From Halogeometricum borinquense DSM 11551 (GTDB taxonomy: Archaea; Halobacteriota; Halobacteria; Halobacteriales; Haloferacaceae), in contig NC_014729.1 in assembly GCF_000172995.2 (NCBI RefSeq), positions 2,550,001 to 2,582,000 of the forward strand: a stretch of 32,000 nt of DNA, read 5' to 3'. The notes under the pieces are model-generated. The model searched no databases, was not told where the DNA came from, and worked only from the letters and a program-made list of their open reading frames with translations. Position numbers and translations under genes: made by a program. The stretch's first letter is position 1. The number at the start of each line of letters is the position of its first letter. Positions 1 through 8,672 of this stretch are shown piece by piece.

Positions 1-60
1 GTCACACCCGAAGAAGTCGAGGCCGTCGTCGAAGAAGAAACAGGCGGCATCTCACGGTGA
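1..60 (+). CDS. 3' end of an upstream gene (partial, last 19 codons ...VTPEEVEAVVEEETGGISR*)
   Basis: Frame 1 is open from the window edge to TGA at 58-60. Acidic residues and GC-ending codons match the neighbouring genes. Too short to identify. Confidence 0.3.
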   Translation, partial: VTPEEVEAVVEEETGGISR

Positions 61-218
61 TGTCCATCCGGATATTGTTGACGTGATACCAGTAGGAACC
101 CGATGAGCGGCCGTAAATGATCCTTCTGTGATATTTTTGCTATAATATATGAATTTTAATGAATATATGTCTTAATCGAAAGATACTCCATACGGACGTT
201 CATTAGCAGGAGGTTGTA

Positions 219-1505
219 ATGAAACGTATAATCGCGCTGATGGCAGCGACACTTGTCATCGCTGCCGCAGTCCCCGCAACGGGGGCCGCAGCAGCAGCAG
301 ACGCACAGTCCTCCGCATACACTGGAACACACGTCGAATTCGACACGGAGTCAAACGCCGTGACGAACTACTCCGTCGGCGGCACGATGATGCTCGACTC
401 GCTCCGCGTCGAGTCCGCCGAATCCAGCGGCGATACCGGCATCGACGTTGATGCATCTGTCTCGACCGAAACCGACATCGCTGGCTCGTCTCTCTCCATC
501 TCAGCGACGGCCGAAGCGAGCGCCGACGTCACCACCGAGAGCGGCGCAACGCTGACCGCACACGACACGCCGAACGGAAACCTCGTCGTCACCGGTACTG
601 AGTCGCAGGTCGTCCGCGCGAACGTGAGCGAGGAAGCGACCGTCACCGAAGACGGTGAGGCTCGCGTCGTCGTCGAGAACGGCAACACCACCGGCGTCTT
701 CATCGCCGTCGGCAACGCCTCGGTTGCGAAGAACGACGATGGCGATGTCTCCGCCCGTGTCGAATCTGACGGCCGCGTCGTCTTCCGTAGCTACGGCGAA
801 AACGAGGAACGCACCGAGAACGACCGCGAAGCCGAGCGTCTCGTCGCAAACGGAACGGCTACGGCTGAAGTCTACGTGACGGACGAAGGCGACAACCGCT
901 CGTCGGAAGTCGTCCACTACGGTTCCAACACGACGGTGAACGTCACCGAGCAGTCCACTGAAACCGTGAACATCACCGTCGAACGCGCTGTCAGCGAGGG
1001 CGCAGTCGTCCTCACGAGCGTCTCCGAGAAAGCGCTGAACGCGAGCGACTCGCTCGAAGTGACTGTAGACGGCCAAGCGGCCGCCGAAGTCGAGTCCACG
1101 AGCGAACTCCGCACCGCTGCAGACGGCGGTAACCAGTCGGCCTACATGATCGCAGACGGCAGTGCTGATGCCGACGCCGAAACGGATGTCTACGTCGCAC
1201 TCAACCACTTCTCCGAGCGGAAGGTGACGATGCAGTCCGCCGACAACGAGTCAACCACGACGGAGACGGCGACTGAAAGTACGGAAACCGAGACCAACAC
1301 GACCGCAACCGAAAGCACCGATACTGAGACGGAAACCGACACGGACTCCACCGCGACGACGAGCGACGATACGTCAGCGACCGAGAACGAGTCGGCAACC
1401 GAACACGGATCGGAAACCACCGAATCCTCGACGCCCGGATTCGGCGTGACGGCCGCTCTCGTCGCACTCGCCGGGAGCGCGCTGCTCATCGCACGGCGAC
1501 AGTAG
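219..1505 (+). CDS. Secreted acidic cell-surface protein with PGF-CTERM archaeosortase sorting signal
   Basis: N-terminal signal peptide MKRIIALMAATLVIAAAVPATGAAAA. A Thr/Glu/Ser-rich linker precedes the C-terminal PGFGVTAALVALAGSALLIARRQ (PGF motif, TM helix, basic tail). GGAGG lies about 5 nt upstream of the ATG, after an AT-rich promoter region (120-200). Confidence 0.85.
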   Translation: MKRIIALMAATLVIAAAVPATGAAAAADAQSSAYTGTHVEFDTESNAVTNYSVGGTMMLDSLRVESAESSGDTGIDVDASVSTETDIAGSSLSISATAEASADVTTESGATLTAHDTPNGNLVVTGTESQVVRANVSEEATVTEDGEARVVVENGNTTGVFIAVGNASVAKNDDGDVSARVESDGRVVFRSYGENEERTENDREAERLVANGTATAEVYVTDEGDNRSSEVVHYGSNTTVNVTEQSTETVNITVERAVSEGAVVLTSVSEKALNASDSLEVTVDGQAAAEVESTSELRTAADGGNQSAYMIADGSADADAETDVYVALNHFSERKVTMQSADNESTTTETATESTETETNTTATESTDTETETDTDSTATTSDDTSATENESATEHGSETTESSTPGFGVTAALVALAGSALLIARRQ

Positions 1506-1523
1506 ACCGTCGTAGCGGTCTAC
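1502..1523 (+). terminator. Perfect 8-bp hairpin overlapping the stop codon (possible terminator element)
   Basis: gtagaccg (1502-1509) pairs with cggtctac (1516-1523) around a 6-nt loop. A T-rich stretch (ttctttt) follows near 1554-1560. Function not demonstrated. Confidence 0.25.
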
Positions 1524-1580
1524 CGCCGACTGCGCACAAACGCCCGAACGACTATTCTTTTCGCCGCCGGCAACAGTAGT

Positions 1581-2984
1581 ATGACACACGTAGCCATTGT
1601 CGGCGCATACGGAAGCGCGGGGGTCGCCGTCGCAGACCGACTCGTCGAACACGTCGGGGCAGAGATAGACCGCCTCACGCTCGTAGACGACGGCGAACCC
1701 GGCGGCGGTCTCTGTATCCTCCGCGGATGTATGCCCTCCAAAGAGGTGCTATCGACTGCCGCACACCGCTACCAGATGCGTCACGACCACCGTCTCGTCG
1801 GGGAGCCACCGGAGATGGACCTCGAAGCGGTGGTAGAAACGAAGAACGAACACACCTCGAACTTCGCCTCGCATCGACGCACCGCCGTCCACCGGATGGA
1901 AGAACGCGAAGGCGTGGCGTTCCGCCACGAGACAGCGCGGTTCGTGGACGACCGAACGCTCCTCGTCGGCGACGAGCGAATCGAAGCCGACTACGTCGTC
2001 GTCGCCACCGGATCGTCACTGAACATTCCTGACCTGCCGGGCATCGGCGATGTAGACTACAACACCAGTGCGGACGTGTTGGACGCGACAACGCTCCCCG
2101 ATTCGGGCGTCGTGATGGGCTTCGGCTACATCGGGTTGGAACTCGTCCCGTACCTCTCCGAAGCGGGCGTTGACCTCACCGTCATCGAACACGACGAACG
2201 ACCCGTAGACGAGGGTGACCCGGAGTATGGCGACGAGATCCTGTCGATGTACCGTGAGGAGTTCGGCGTCGAGATACGTACTGAGACGAGAGAACGGCGA
2301 GTCGAACGCACCGACGATGGGGTTCGATTGCACGTCGAGGGACCAGACGGAGAGGATGCAATCGACGCCGAAGCGTTGTTCCTGTTCACCGGCCGCCGCC
2401 CGACGCTAGACGGTCTCGAACTGGAGGCGGCAGGCATCACTCCCACGGGCGAGGAGTGGGTTCGGAACACGATGCAGACGCGCGCCGACGACAACGTGTA
2501 CGTCGTCGGCGACGCGAACGGGAAAGAACCGATCCTGCACGTCGCCAAAGAGCAAGGGCACGTCGCCGCAGAAAACATCCTCGCGGACGTGAACGGTGGC
2601 GAACACCGGACGTACGAAAACATCCATCACCACGTCATCTTCTCGGGTGCGAGCGTGTACCCGTACGCTCGTGTCGGCCACTCGGTGAGCTCCGCCGAGG
2701 AAGCCGGTCTCAACTACGTGGCAGTCCACCGCGAGGCGTCCGACGATGGCGTGTTCAAGACGAAACTGGCCCCGCGGGGCCGGGCAACGCTCGTCGTTGG
2801 GACTGATGGAGCGGTTCTCGGGTTTCAGGGTCTCCACTACCACGCGGACGTGATGGCGAAGACGATGCAGGTGGCGGTCGAGAACGAGATGGATGTCCGA
2901 AAGATACCGGACCGCGCGTACCACCCGACGACGCCGGAGATACTCGACGGACTACTCCGGTCCGCCGCGGAACGACTGGAGTGA
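1581..2984 (+). CDS. FAD-dependent pyridine nucleotide-disulfide oxidoreductase (class I, dihydrolipoamide dehydrogenase / mercuric reductase-like)
   Basis: N-terminal dinucleotide fold VAIVGAYGSAG. Redox-active CxxxxC motif CILRGCMPSK. Second NAD fold VVMGFGYIGLE. C-terminal dimerisation-domain motif YHPTTPE. Confidence 0.85.
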   Translation: MTHVAIVGAYGSAGVAVADRLVEHVGAEIDRLTLVDDGEPGGGLCILRGCMPSKEVLSTAAHRYQMRHDHRLVGEPPEMDLEAVVETKNEHTSNFASHRRTAVHRMEEREGVAFRHETARFVDDRTLLVGDERIEADYVVVATGSSLNIPDLPGIGDVDYNTSADVLDATTLPDSGVVMGFGYIGLELVPYLSEAGVDLTVIEHDERPVDEGDPEYGDEILSMYREEFGVEIRTETRERRVERTDDGVRLHVEGPDGEDAIDAEALFLFTGRRPTLDGLELEAAGITPTGEEWVRNTMQTRADDNVYVVGDANGKEPILHVAKEQGHVAAENILADVNGGEHRTYENIHHHVIFSGASVYPYARVGHSVSSAEEAGLNYVAVHREASDDGVFKTKLAPRGRATLVVGTDGAVLGFQGLHYHADVMAKTMQVAVENEMDVRKIPDRAYHPTTPEILDGLLRSAAERLE

Positions 2985-4160
2985 GGCGTCGAGATGATCC
3001 GAGTCAGCGGTGACGTCGAGAACTGATCCCGCATCGTCGCGTATCTCCGAATCCGTTCGGGGGAGCGTGACGGAAACGACCGTTCCGACCTCCCGGTTGC
3101 GGAAGTCGAGGTCGCCGCCCGCTTCGTTAACCGCCCACTCGACGACCCAGAGACCGAGACCCTCAGAGTGGCGGAGCGGTGTTTCCGTCCCCGACTCGAA
3201 GACGGCGCGTTCGGTCTCTGGAATACCTGGACCGTTGTCGGCGACGCGGAGGATAACGTGGTCGTCGTCGGTTCGAACACGAACTGACACGAGCGGTTCG
3301 TCCCGGTCGTTGTGGATGACGGCGTTCTCGGCCAGCAGTTCGACGACCACGCCAAGGAGGGGAACCGGACCGACCGGCGCACGATCGGGCACGTCTACGT
3401 TGACCTTCGCAGCGGGATACTCTCGTTTGAACGCTTCGAGGCGGCGCGAGACGACAGTCCCAAGGTCAGTTTCAGTATCGATCTGTTCGCCCTCCAAGAG
3501 CTGTTGGAGGTGTCTCGCGCGTTCGCTGAGGGAGATGAGTGCTTCCGATTTCTCGCGGATGATCTCCCCCCGTTCTGATACCACCGGGTCAGGGAAGTCG
3601 GCTAAGAGCGAAGCGTATCCGTGGACGACGTTCACGTCGTTCCGGAGGTCGTGTCGGAGAACGCGGTTCAAGACGTGGAGCCGTTGATTCAGCAGGCTGA
3701 CTCGGCGGCGTTCGTGGCGGAGGCGATTAGAGACACGCGCCGCACGAGCATCGTAGACGCCGACGAGAGAGCCAGCGACCGTCCCACCCGTCGTCACATT
3801 CGACACGAAGTGGGCCTGTTCGGGCAGCACGACGCCGTTTAGTCGGAAATAGATGACTGTCAAGACACCCAAGAACGCGGAGGCGACGGCACCGACAGCC
3901 ACCCATCGTCCGATGTGCCGAAGCGACGCAGTACCCCACTGTCGTCCCAACGCGACACCTACCGCGAGGACAGCACCCGACGCACTGATCGGGCCGAGGA
4001 CGCTGAAGACAGCCGTCGACAGCGTATCGAGAACCGACGGATGGTGAAGAAGATGACCGAAGTGCCAGAGAAAAAATCCACTGCCGAAAGCCCAGAGCCA
4101 CCGACCATCCCGGAGCCATCGACGGAGGGACGACATTGAATATGCAGGATGGCACGTCAT
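2952..4160 (-). CDS. Membrane-bound sensor histidine kinase
   Basis: N-terminal half has several hydrophobic helices. H-box is RVLRHDLRNDVNVVHGY, N-box is ENAVIHNDRD, G1 is DNGPGIP and G2 is GLGLWVV. The start may instead be the internal Met at 4136. The 3' end overlaps the convergent oxidoreductase gene by 33 nt. Confidence 0.85.
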   Translation of the reverse strand: MTCHPAYSMSSLRRWLRDGRWLWAFGSGFFLWHFGHLLHHPSVLDTLSTAVFSVLGPISASGAVLAVGVALGRQWGTASLRHIGRWVAVGAVASAFLGVLTVIYFRLNGVVLPEQAHFVSNVTTGGTVAGSLVGVYDARAARVSNRLRHERRRVSLLNQRLHVLNRVLRHDLRNDVNVVHGYASLLADFPDPVVSERGEIIREKSEALISLSERARHLQQLLEGEQIDTETDLGTVVSRRLEAFKREYPAAKVNVDVPDRAPVGPVPLLGVVVELLAENAVIHNDRDEPLVSVRVRTDDDHVILRVADNGPGIPETERAVFESGTETPLRHSEGLGLWVVEWAVNEAGGDLDFRNREVGTVVSVTLPRTDSEIRDDAGSVLDVTADSDHLDASLQSFRGGPE

Positions 4161-4230
4161 TATTCATGACGCTTTCGACTACAACACTGTCAGCAATTCA
4201 GTATGGTGTGAGTCATCACCACGGTAATGG

Positions 4231-5820
4231 ATGCCTATGGTGCATCAAGCCGACGGATGTAAATGCGCTAGTTGCATACCCGACCTCGTAATGGCGACAC
4301 TATCGTTTGAACCGCTGACATACGGGGACATCCCCGAGGACGAGCGTCCCTCATTTCGGGCCGCTCTCGTCCCTGTTTTCGGGATGCTCGTCTTTCTCAG
4401 CGTCGGTGCAATTGCACTGGATCTCGACCCGCAGTTACCACTGTTATTCGGCATCGCGTTCACCGGTATTGTCGGCCGGTACTGGTACGGCACGACGTGG
4501 GCGAAGATGTACGAGGGTATCGTTGACGGTCTGCGGATGGGGATGCAGGCGATACTCATTATCTTCGTCATCTACATGCTCATCTCGACGTGGACGGGCG
4601 CGGGCACGATTCCGTCGCTCATCTACTACGGGTTAGAGCTGCTTTCACCGAGCATATTCCTCCCCATAGCGACGATTCTCGCGGCTGTTGTCGCCTTCGC
4701 CATCGGATCGTCGTGGACCACGGCGGGGACACTCGGTGTCGCGTTTATCGGTATCGGGACTGGGCTGGGCATCCCCGAACCGATGACGGCGGGTGCAGTT
4801 CTGACGGGCGCGTACACTGGTGACAAGGTGTCGCCGCTCTCGGACACGACGAATCTCGCCGCAGCGGTGACGAACACCGATCTCATGACGCACGTTCGGA
4901 CGATGCGCGTCGGAACGGGGATCGCGATGCTCCTCTCGCTGGCCCTGTACACGTATCTCGGACTCACCGCGACGGGGAACATTCCGCCGGGACGAATCGC
5001 CGAGATTCAGACTGCCATCTCGGGGACGTACACCGTCTCGCCGCTGACGTTCGCTCCCCTCGTGTTGACGTTTGCACTCGCACTTCGCGGCTATCCAGCC
5101 CTACCAGCCATCACGTCGGGCGTGTTCGCGGGTGTGGCGACGCAGATTTTCGTTCAGGGACCGATCTCCATCGAGGGCTTCGTCCGTGCGATGGAAGTCG
5201 CACAGTCTGGAACGGCAGCCGGCTCGGGGGCAGGGCTCGCAGCCGAATTCAAGACGGGCTCAGAGATTGTCAATAATCTGCTCTTTACCGAAGGTCTCAT
5301 CGGGTCGTCGTGGACCATCACCGTCGTTGTCGCCGCACTCGCCTTAGGTGGGATTCTCGAACGGACGGGCGTGCTGGCGGTCATCGCGTACCACATCGGC
5401 GAGTCGCTGCACAGCGTCGGGAGCCTGACCGCGGGGACGGCGTTGTCAGCGTTCGGGATGAACATTCTCGCGGCCGAACAGTACATGAGTATCGTCGTCC
5501 CCGGCATGAGCCTCCGCGGCCTGTACGACGACTTCGACCTCGACAGCCGCAACCTCTCGCGTGCCGTCGAAGCCGCCGGAACGACGACGAGCGCACTCAT
5601 ACCGTGGAACGCGGGCGGGGTCTACATGGTGTCGGTTCTCGACGTTCCCGTCTGTTCGGGTGCGTGGTGTCTCGATGGCTACGCGCCGTTCTACTTCCTC
5701 GGCTTCTTCTCGCCGACCATCCTCATCCTCATGGGTGTGACGGGATGGCGCATCACGACGCAGTCCGAGGACACGACGGTCGGAATCAAGGGCGCTGTCG
5801 AATCGCTCGGCGACGACTAA
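4231..5820 (+). CDS. nhaC: Na+/H+ antiporter, NhaC family
   Basis: About 11-12 predicted TM helices with NhaC-like blocks (GAGTIPSLIYYG, SSWTTAGTLGVAFIGIG, GDKVSPLSDTTNLAA, AGTTTSALIPWNAGG). The start could be the Met at 4291 (MATLSFEP). Confidence 0.8.
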   Translation: MPMVHQADGCKCASCIPDLVMATLSFEPLTYGDIPEDERPSFRAALVPVFGMLVFLSVGAIALDLDPQLPLLFGIAFTGIVGRYWYGTTWAKMYEGIVDGLRMGMQAILIIFVIYMLISTWTGAGTIPSLIYYGLELLSPSIFLPIATILAAVVAFAIGSSWTTAGTLGVAFIGIGTGLGIPEPMTAGAVLTGAYTGDKVSPLSDTTNLAAAVTNTDLMTHVRTMRVGTGIAMLLSLALYTYLGLTATGNIPPGRIAEIQTAISGTYTVSPLTFAPLVLTFALALRGYPALPAITSGVFAGVATQIFVQGPISIEGFVRAMEVAQSGTAAGSGAGLAAEFKTGSEIVNNLLFTEGLIGSSWTITVVVAALALGGILERTGVLAVIAYHIGESLHSVGSLTAGTALSAFGMNILAAEQYMSIVVPGMSLRGLYDDFDLDSRNLSRAVEAAGTTTSALIPWNAGGVYMVSVLDVPVCSGAWCLDGYAPFYFLGFFSPTILILMGVTGWRITTQSEDTTVGIKGAVESLGDD

Positions 5821-5903
5821 CAGCGAACCGCTAGCGACTCTCCGGGGGTCACCCACCGACCGCGAACCGCCCGGCTTTTCTCGATTCGTTCGATAGAGAG
5901 CAT

Positions 5904-6617
5904 ATGGACCTGACCACTGCGGGTCGATACCGCGTTCTCGGGCGGCCGCGCGACCCCGAGGAACTCCTTCTCGTCGAGCTTCCGGCGGATGGCATGGACG
6001 ATGCCGACCCCGAAGAGGCGTTCGCACCGACGTACGTGGACGCGACTGGGTACGACGATGGACTCGCGGCCGCAGTCGGGTCGATTGACGCGGGCAACGT
6101 CGTTGACGCCGACCTGACATGGCACGACGGAACTCCGCGCTTCGACACGCTGTCCGTTGTCGCCGAGACGACGTTCACTTTCGCCGACGGCGTCACTGGG
6201 ATGTTCGAGGCGGCCAAGAGTACGTGGATGGTCGCAGAAGCCGAGAACGAAGGGATGAACGCCCGCGTGACACGCAGCACCGACGGCGACCCGAACGGTG
6301 CGCTGTACGTCTTCGCAAAACAGTCTGGCGCACGCGATCTGTTCTCGGAGTTCCGCAACGGGATAATGCCGCTTGAGCCGCTCATCCGCCGCGTTGACGG
6401 CCACGAAAACAGTACGCTGATGGACCAGCCAGCGGATCACCGTTCTACGGAGTGCAGTGAGAGCGGTGAGAGCGACCGCATCGACGTACCGCCGGAGCCA
6501 GAACAGCCGCGCGCAGTGTTTGTGATGCGCCCCACCGACGAACCGTTCATCGTCGTCTACATCGTCTTCGACCGCGACGGGATGCTGGCGAAGACCGTTC
6601 GGGACACGTACGTCTGA
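5904..6617 (+). CDS. Acidic cytoplasmic hypothetical protein
   Basis: 237-aa ORF with haloarchaeal acidic composition and GC-rich third codon positions. No motif I can name. The antisense ORFs 5817-6440 and 5849-6385 are Arg/Ser-rich shadow frames. Confidence 0.6.
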   Translation: MDLTTAGRYRVLGRPRDPEELLLVELPADGMDDADPEEAFAPTYVDATGYDDGLAAAVGSIDAGNVVDADLTWHDGTPRFDTLSVVAETTFTFADGVTGMFEAAKSTWMVAEAENEGMNARVTRSTDGDPNGALYVFAKQSGARDLFSEFRNGIMPLEPLIRRVDGHENSTLMDQPADHRSTECSESGESDRIDVPPEPEQPRAVFVMRPTDEPFIVVYIVFDRDGMLAKTVRDTYV

Positions 6618-6692
6618 GGCTTCGGGACAGGTACGTCCGAGGCTTCAGGACACGTGCATCTGAAGCGTCGAGACACTACATCTGAGCCAGAC
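6601..6692 (+). repeat. Four imperfect tandem copies of a 23-bp unit
   Basis: gggacacgtacgtctgaggcttc (6601-6623), gggacaggtacgtccgaggcttc (6624-6646), aggacacgtgcatctgaagcgtc (6647-6669), gagacactacatctgagccagac (6670-6692). Copy 1 contains the last codons and stop of the 5904-6617 gene. Confidence 0.8.
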
Positions 6693-6747
6693 ATAGCTGA
6701 AACGACGCTCACCGACCGCTAAGACGCCCGAGAACGGAATAATAGTG

Positions 6748-6756
6748 TTTAATATA
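6748..6756 (+). promoter_or_regulatory. Candidate TATA box for a leaderless nikR transcript
   Basis: tttaatata is centred about 26 nt upstream of the ATG at 6778, within an AT-rich patch. This spacing is typical of haloarchaeal leaderless promoters. Confidence 0.35.
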
Positions 6757-6777
6757 CTACCGACGATTCGTTAATAC

Positions 6778-7206
6778 ATGACCGTTGTCAGCGTCTCCAT
6801 GCCGGAAGAACTGTTAGAGCGCATCGACAACTTCGCCGGCGAACACGGCTACACGGGCCGAAGCGAAGTCGTCCGCGAGGCGGCACGGAACCTCCTCGGC
6901 GAGTTCGAGGACAAGCGTCTCGAAGACCGGAAACTGATGGCTGTCGTCACCGTTGTCTTCGACTACGAGACGACCAGCGTCGAAGAACGGATGATGAAGC
7001 TTCGCCACGAGTACGAGGGATTCGTCGCCTCGAACTTTCACAGTCACGTCGGCGAACACTACTGCATGGAACTGTTCGTCCTCGAAGGCGAACTAGCCGA
7101 TATATCCACGTTCGTCGGGAAAATCCGCGCGACGAGAGACACCCTCAGCGTGGATTACTCGGTGATGCCCGTCGATGACTTCACGGCCATCGCAGCGGAA
7201 GAGTAA
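6778..7206 (+). CDS. nikR: Nickel-responsive transcriptional regulator NikR (ribbon-helix-helix plus ACT-like metal-binding domain)
   Basis: N-terminal [41 protein letters not shown]-terminal H77, H88, H90 and C96 ([21 protein letters not shown]) have exactly the spacing of the E. coli NikR high-affinity Ni site (H76/H87/H89/C95). Confidence 0.88.
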   Translation: MTVVSVSMPEELLERIDNFAGEHGYTGRSEVVREAARNLLGEFEDKRLEDRKLMAVVTVVFDYETTSVEERMMKLRHEYEGFVASNFHSHVGEHYCMELFVLEGELADISTFVGKIRATRDTLSVDYSVMPVDDFTAIAAEE

Positions 7207-7317
7207 GGTTCTGCGATCCGCCGTCGGTATACGGCTTCGAGCGGTCACTCTTCTGTCGCACCGAGCTATCACGAGGAGAGTGTGGGAGTTTTTGTTATCC
7301 ATCAGTATGTATCTTAC

Positions 7318-8385
7318 ATGGACAGACGGGCGCGGGTGCTTTTCGTCGCGGGAGACGACGACCCGGCGGCGGTGCCGGAAGACAACATCGGTGGGGACGA
7401 AGCACAGTTCGAGGGAGAGCGCGTGGGAGAGCTACCGGAAGCAAGGCTTGACAGCGGTGCATACGATTGCGTCGTGTGCAACTACGTGTTGGCAACGAGA
7501 GACGGCGTCGAACTGACAGCCGAACTCCGCGACTCACACCCAACACTGCCGATCATCGTGTACACCGCCATGGGCGACGAGACGGTGGCACGCGACGCTC
7601 TGCGTGCCGGAGCCACGGATTACGTTGTCTCCGACGAGACGGAGAACAGCAACGTAGAGGACGACGAGGCGACAGCACTGCGGCGGCGTATCGAGGCGGC
7701 CATGGCCGACGGCAGAGAGTCACAACGGATCGAGCGAACGGCGGAGGCGGCAACACAGTTGGAGAAGCTAACCCGCGTACTGACACACGACATCAGAAAC
7801 GACCTGTCAGTCATCGTCGGATGGGCTGATATCCTGCGCAACTCCGTGACCGAAGACGGCGAGGAAGTTCTCGAACGGATCCTCGACAACGGGCGGAAAA
7901 CACTGGAACTGACCGACGTTGCCCGCGATGCGGTAGAGATGATCGTCGGTGACGGCGCAGACGAGATCGAACCGACGTACCTCAACGGCGTCCTCCACGG
8001 AACGGTTCAGGACCGACGTGAGACGTACCCTGAAGCGACTATCGAACTCGGGTCAGTGCCGCCGTGTCACGTCGCCGCGAACTCGCTTCTCAGTGCGGTC
8101 TTCCGGAACCTCCTGAACGACGCGCTCTCACATCAGAGCGGCGATGATCCATCGGTTCACATCTCGGCCGAGCGCGCCGGAGATGTCGTCCAAGTCCGCG
8201 TCACCGACGACTCTGGAGCCGCCGATGCACGGCGAGAGGCCGCGTTCAATAATGCGGAACTCGGCAGTCCGGACACTGATATCAGCGTGTTTCTCGTGGA
8301 GACACTGGTCGATGCCTACGGCGGTGATGTCTGGGTCGAAGACGACGGCGCAGTGTTCGTCGTTGAACTCCGCGTCGTGGACTAA
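7318..8385 (+). CDS. Hybrid histidine kinase with an N-terminal pseudo-receiver domain
   Basis: Receiver-like fold: RVLFVAGDDD, YDCVVCNYVLATRDGVEL, PIIVYTAMGDE, GATDYVVSD. It has Asn where the phospho-accepting Asp is expected and Ser where the conserved Lys is expected. H-box LTHDIRNDLSVIVGWADIL. N-box FRNLLNDALSH. The G1 box is degenerate (VTDDSGAAD). Start chosen at MDRRARV; the ORF track begins 36 nt earlier. Confidence 0.8.
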   Translation: MDRRARVLFVAGDDDPAAVPEDNIGGDEAQFEGERVGELPEARLDSGAYDCVVCNYVLATRDGVELTAELRDSHPTLPIIVYTAMGDETVARDALRAGATDYVVSDETENSNVEDDEATALRRRIEAAMADGRESQRIERTAEAATQLEKLTRVLTHDIRNDLSVIVGWADILRNSVTEDGEEVLERILDNGRKTLELTDVARDAVEMIVGDGADEIEPTYLNGVLHGTVQDRRETYPEATIELGSVPPCHVAANSLLSAVFRNLLNDALSHQSGDDPSVHISAERAGDVVQVRVTDDSGAADARREAAFNNAELGSPDTDISVFLVETLVDAYGGDVWVEDDGAVFVVELRVVD

Positions 8386-8400
8386 CCCACAGGTAAGTGC

Positions 8401-8432
8401 CCCCGCACTTCGGGGTTAGCCAAGAGTTTTTT
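8401..8432 (+). terminator. Hairpin plus T6 run downstream of the kinase gene (candidate terminator)
   Basis: ccccg-cactt-cgggg hairpin at 8401-8415, followed by tttttt at 8427-8432. Archaeal termination commonly uses oligo-T tracts. Confidence 0.35.
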
Positions 8433-8535
8433 ACGTCTCACGAGAACGAGGAATTGCCGACGGCGCCGGTCCTGCGGGACACGCACTACACCGCGAAGCG
8501 TCACCACGTCGTCGGGCACGGTAGTGGCTTCGGTG

Positions 8536-8601
8536 CGGCGGAACCAACGCGACCTCATCGACCTATCCCCCCCATCCATCCCTTCCGTTTTGGTTCCGCC
8601 G
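8536..8601. promoter_or_regulatory. 12-bp perfect inverted repeat (cggcggaaccaa / ttggttccgccg) with a 42-nt C-rich loop
   Basis: Arms at 8536-8547 and 8590-8601. Located about 70 nt upstream of the HxlR-REC-HalX gene in a 287-bp intergenic region. Confidence 0.4.
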
Positions 8602-8672
8602 TGCGTCACGCTCCTTTGCGTATCAGCTAGCGAAAGAAATTGTTATCAGGCGGGCTGACGATGAAGAGATGA

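Noticed and set aside
501-1208. Long antisense or off-frame ORFs: 501-1208(-), 12302-13138(-), 18956-19738(+), 19868-20779(+), 20062-20724(+), 26808-27488(-), 28197-29015(+), 29376-30014(-) and many shorter ones
   Set aside because: All overlap genes with clear family motifs. They have Arg/Pro/Ser-rich or otherwise non-haloarchaeal composition and no recognisable domains.
2952-2984. 33-nt overlap of the convergent 3' ends of the oxidoreductase and histidine kinase genes
   Set aside because: Convergent tail overlaps are common in compact GC-rich genomes. No additional signal is visible.
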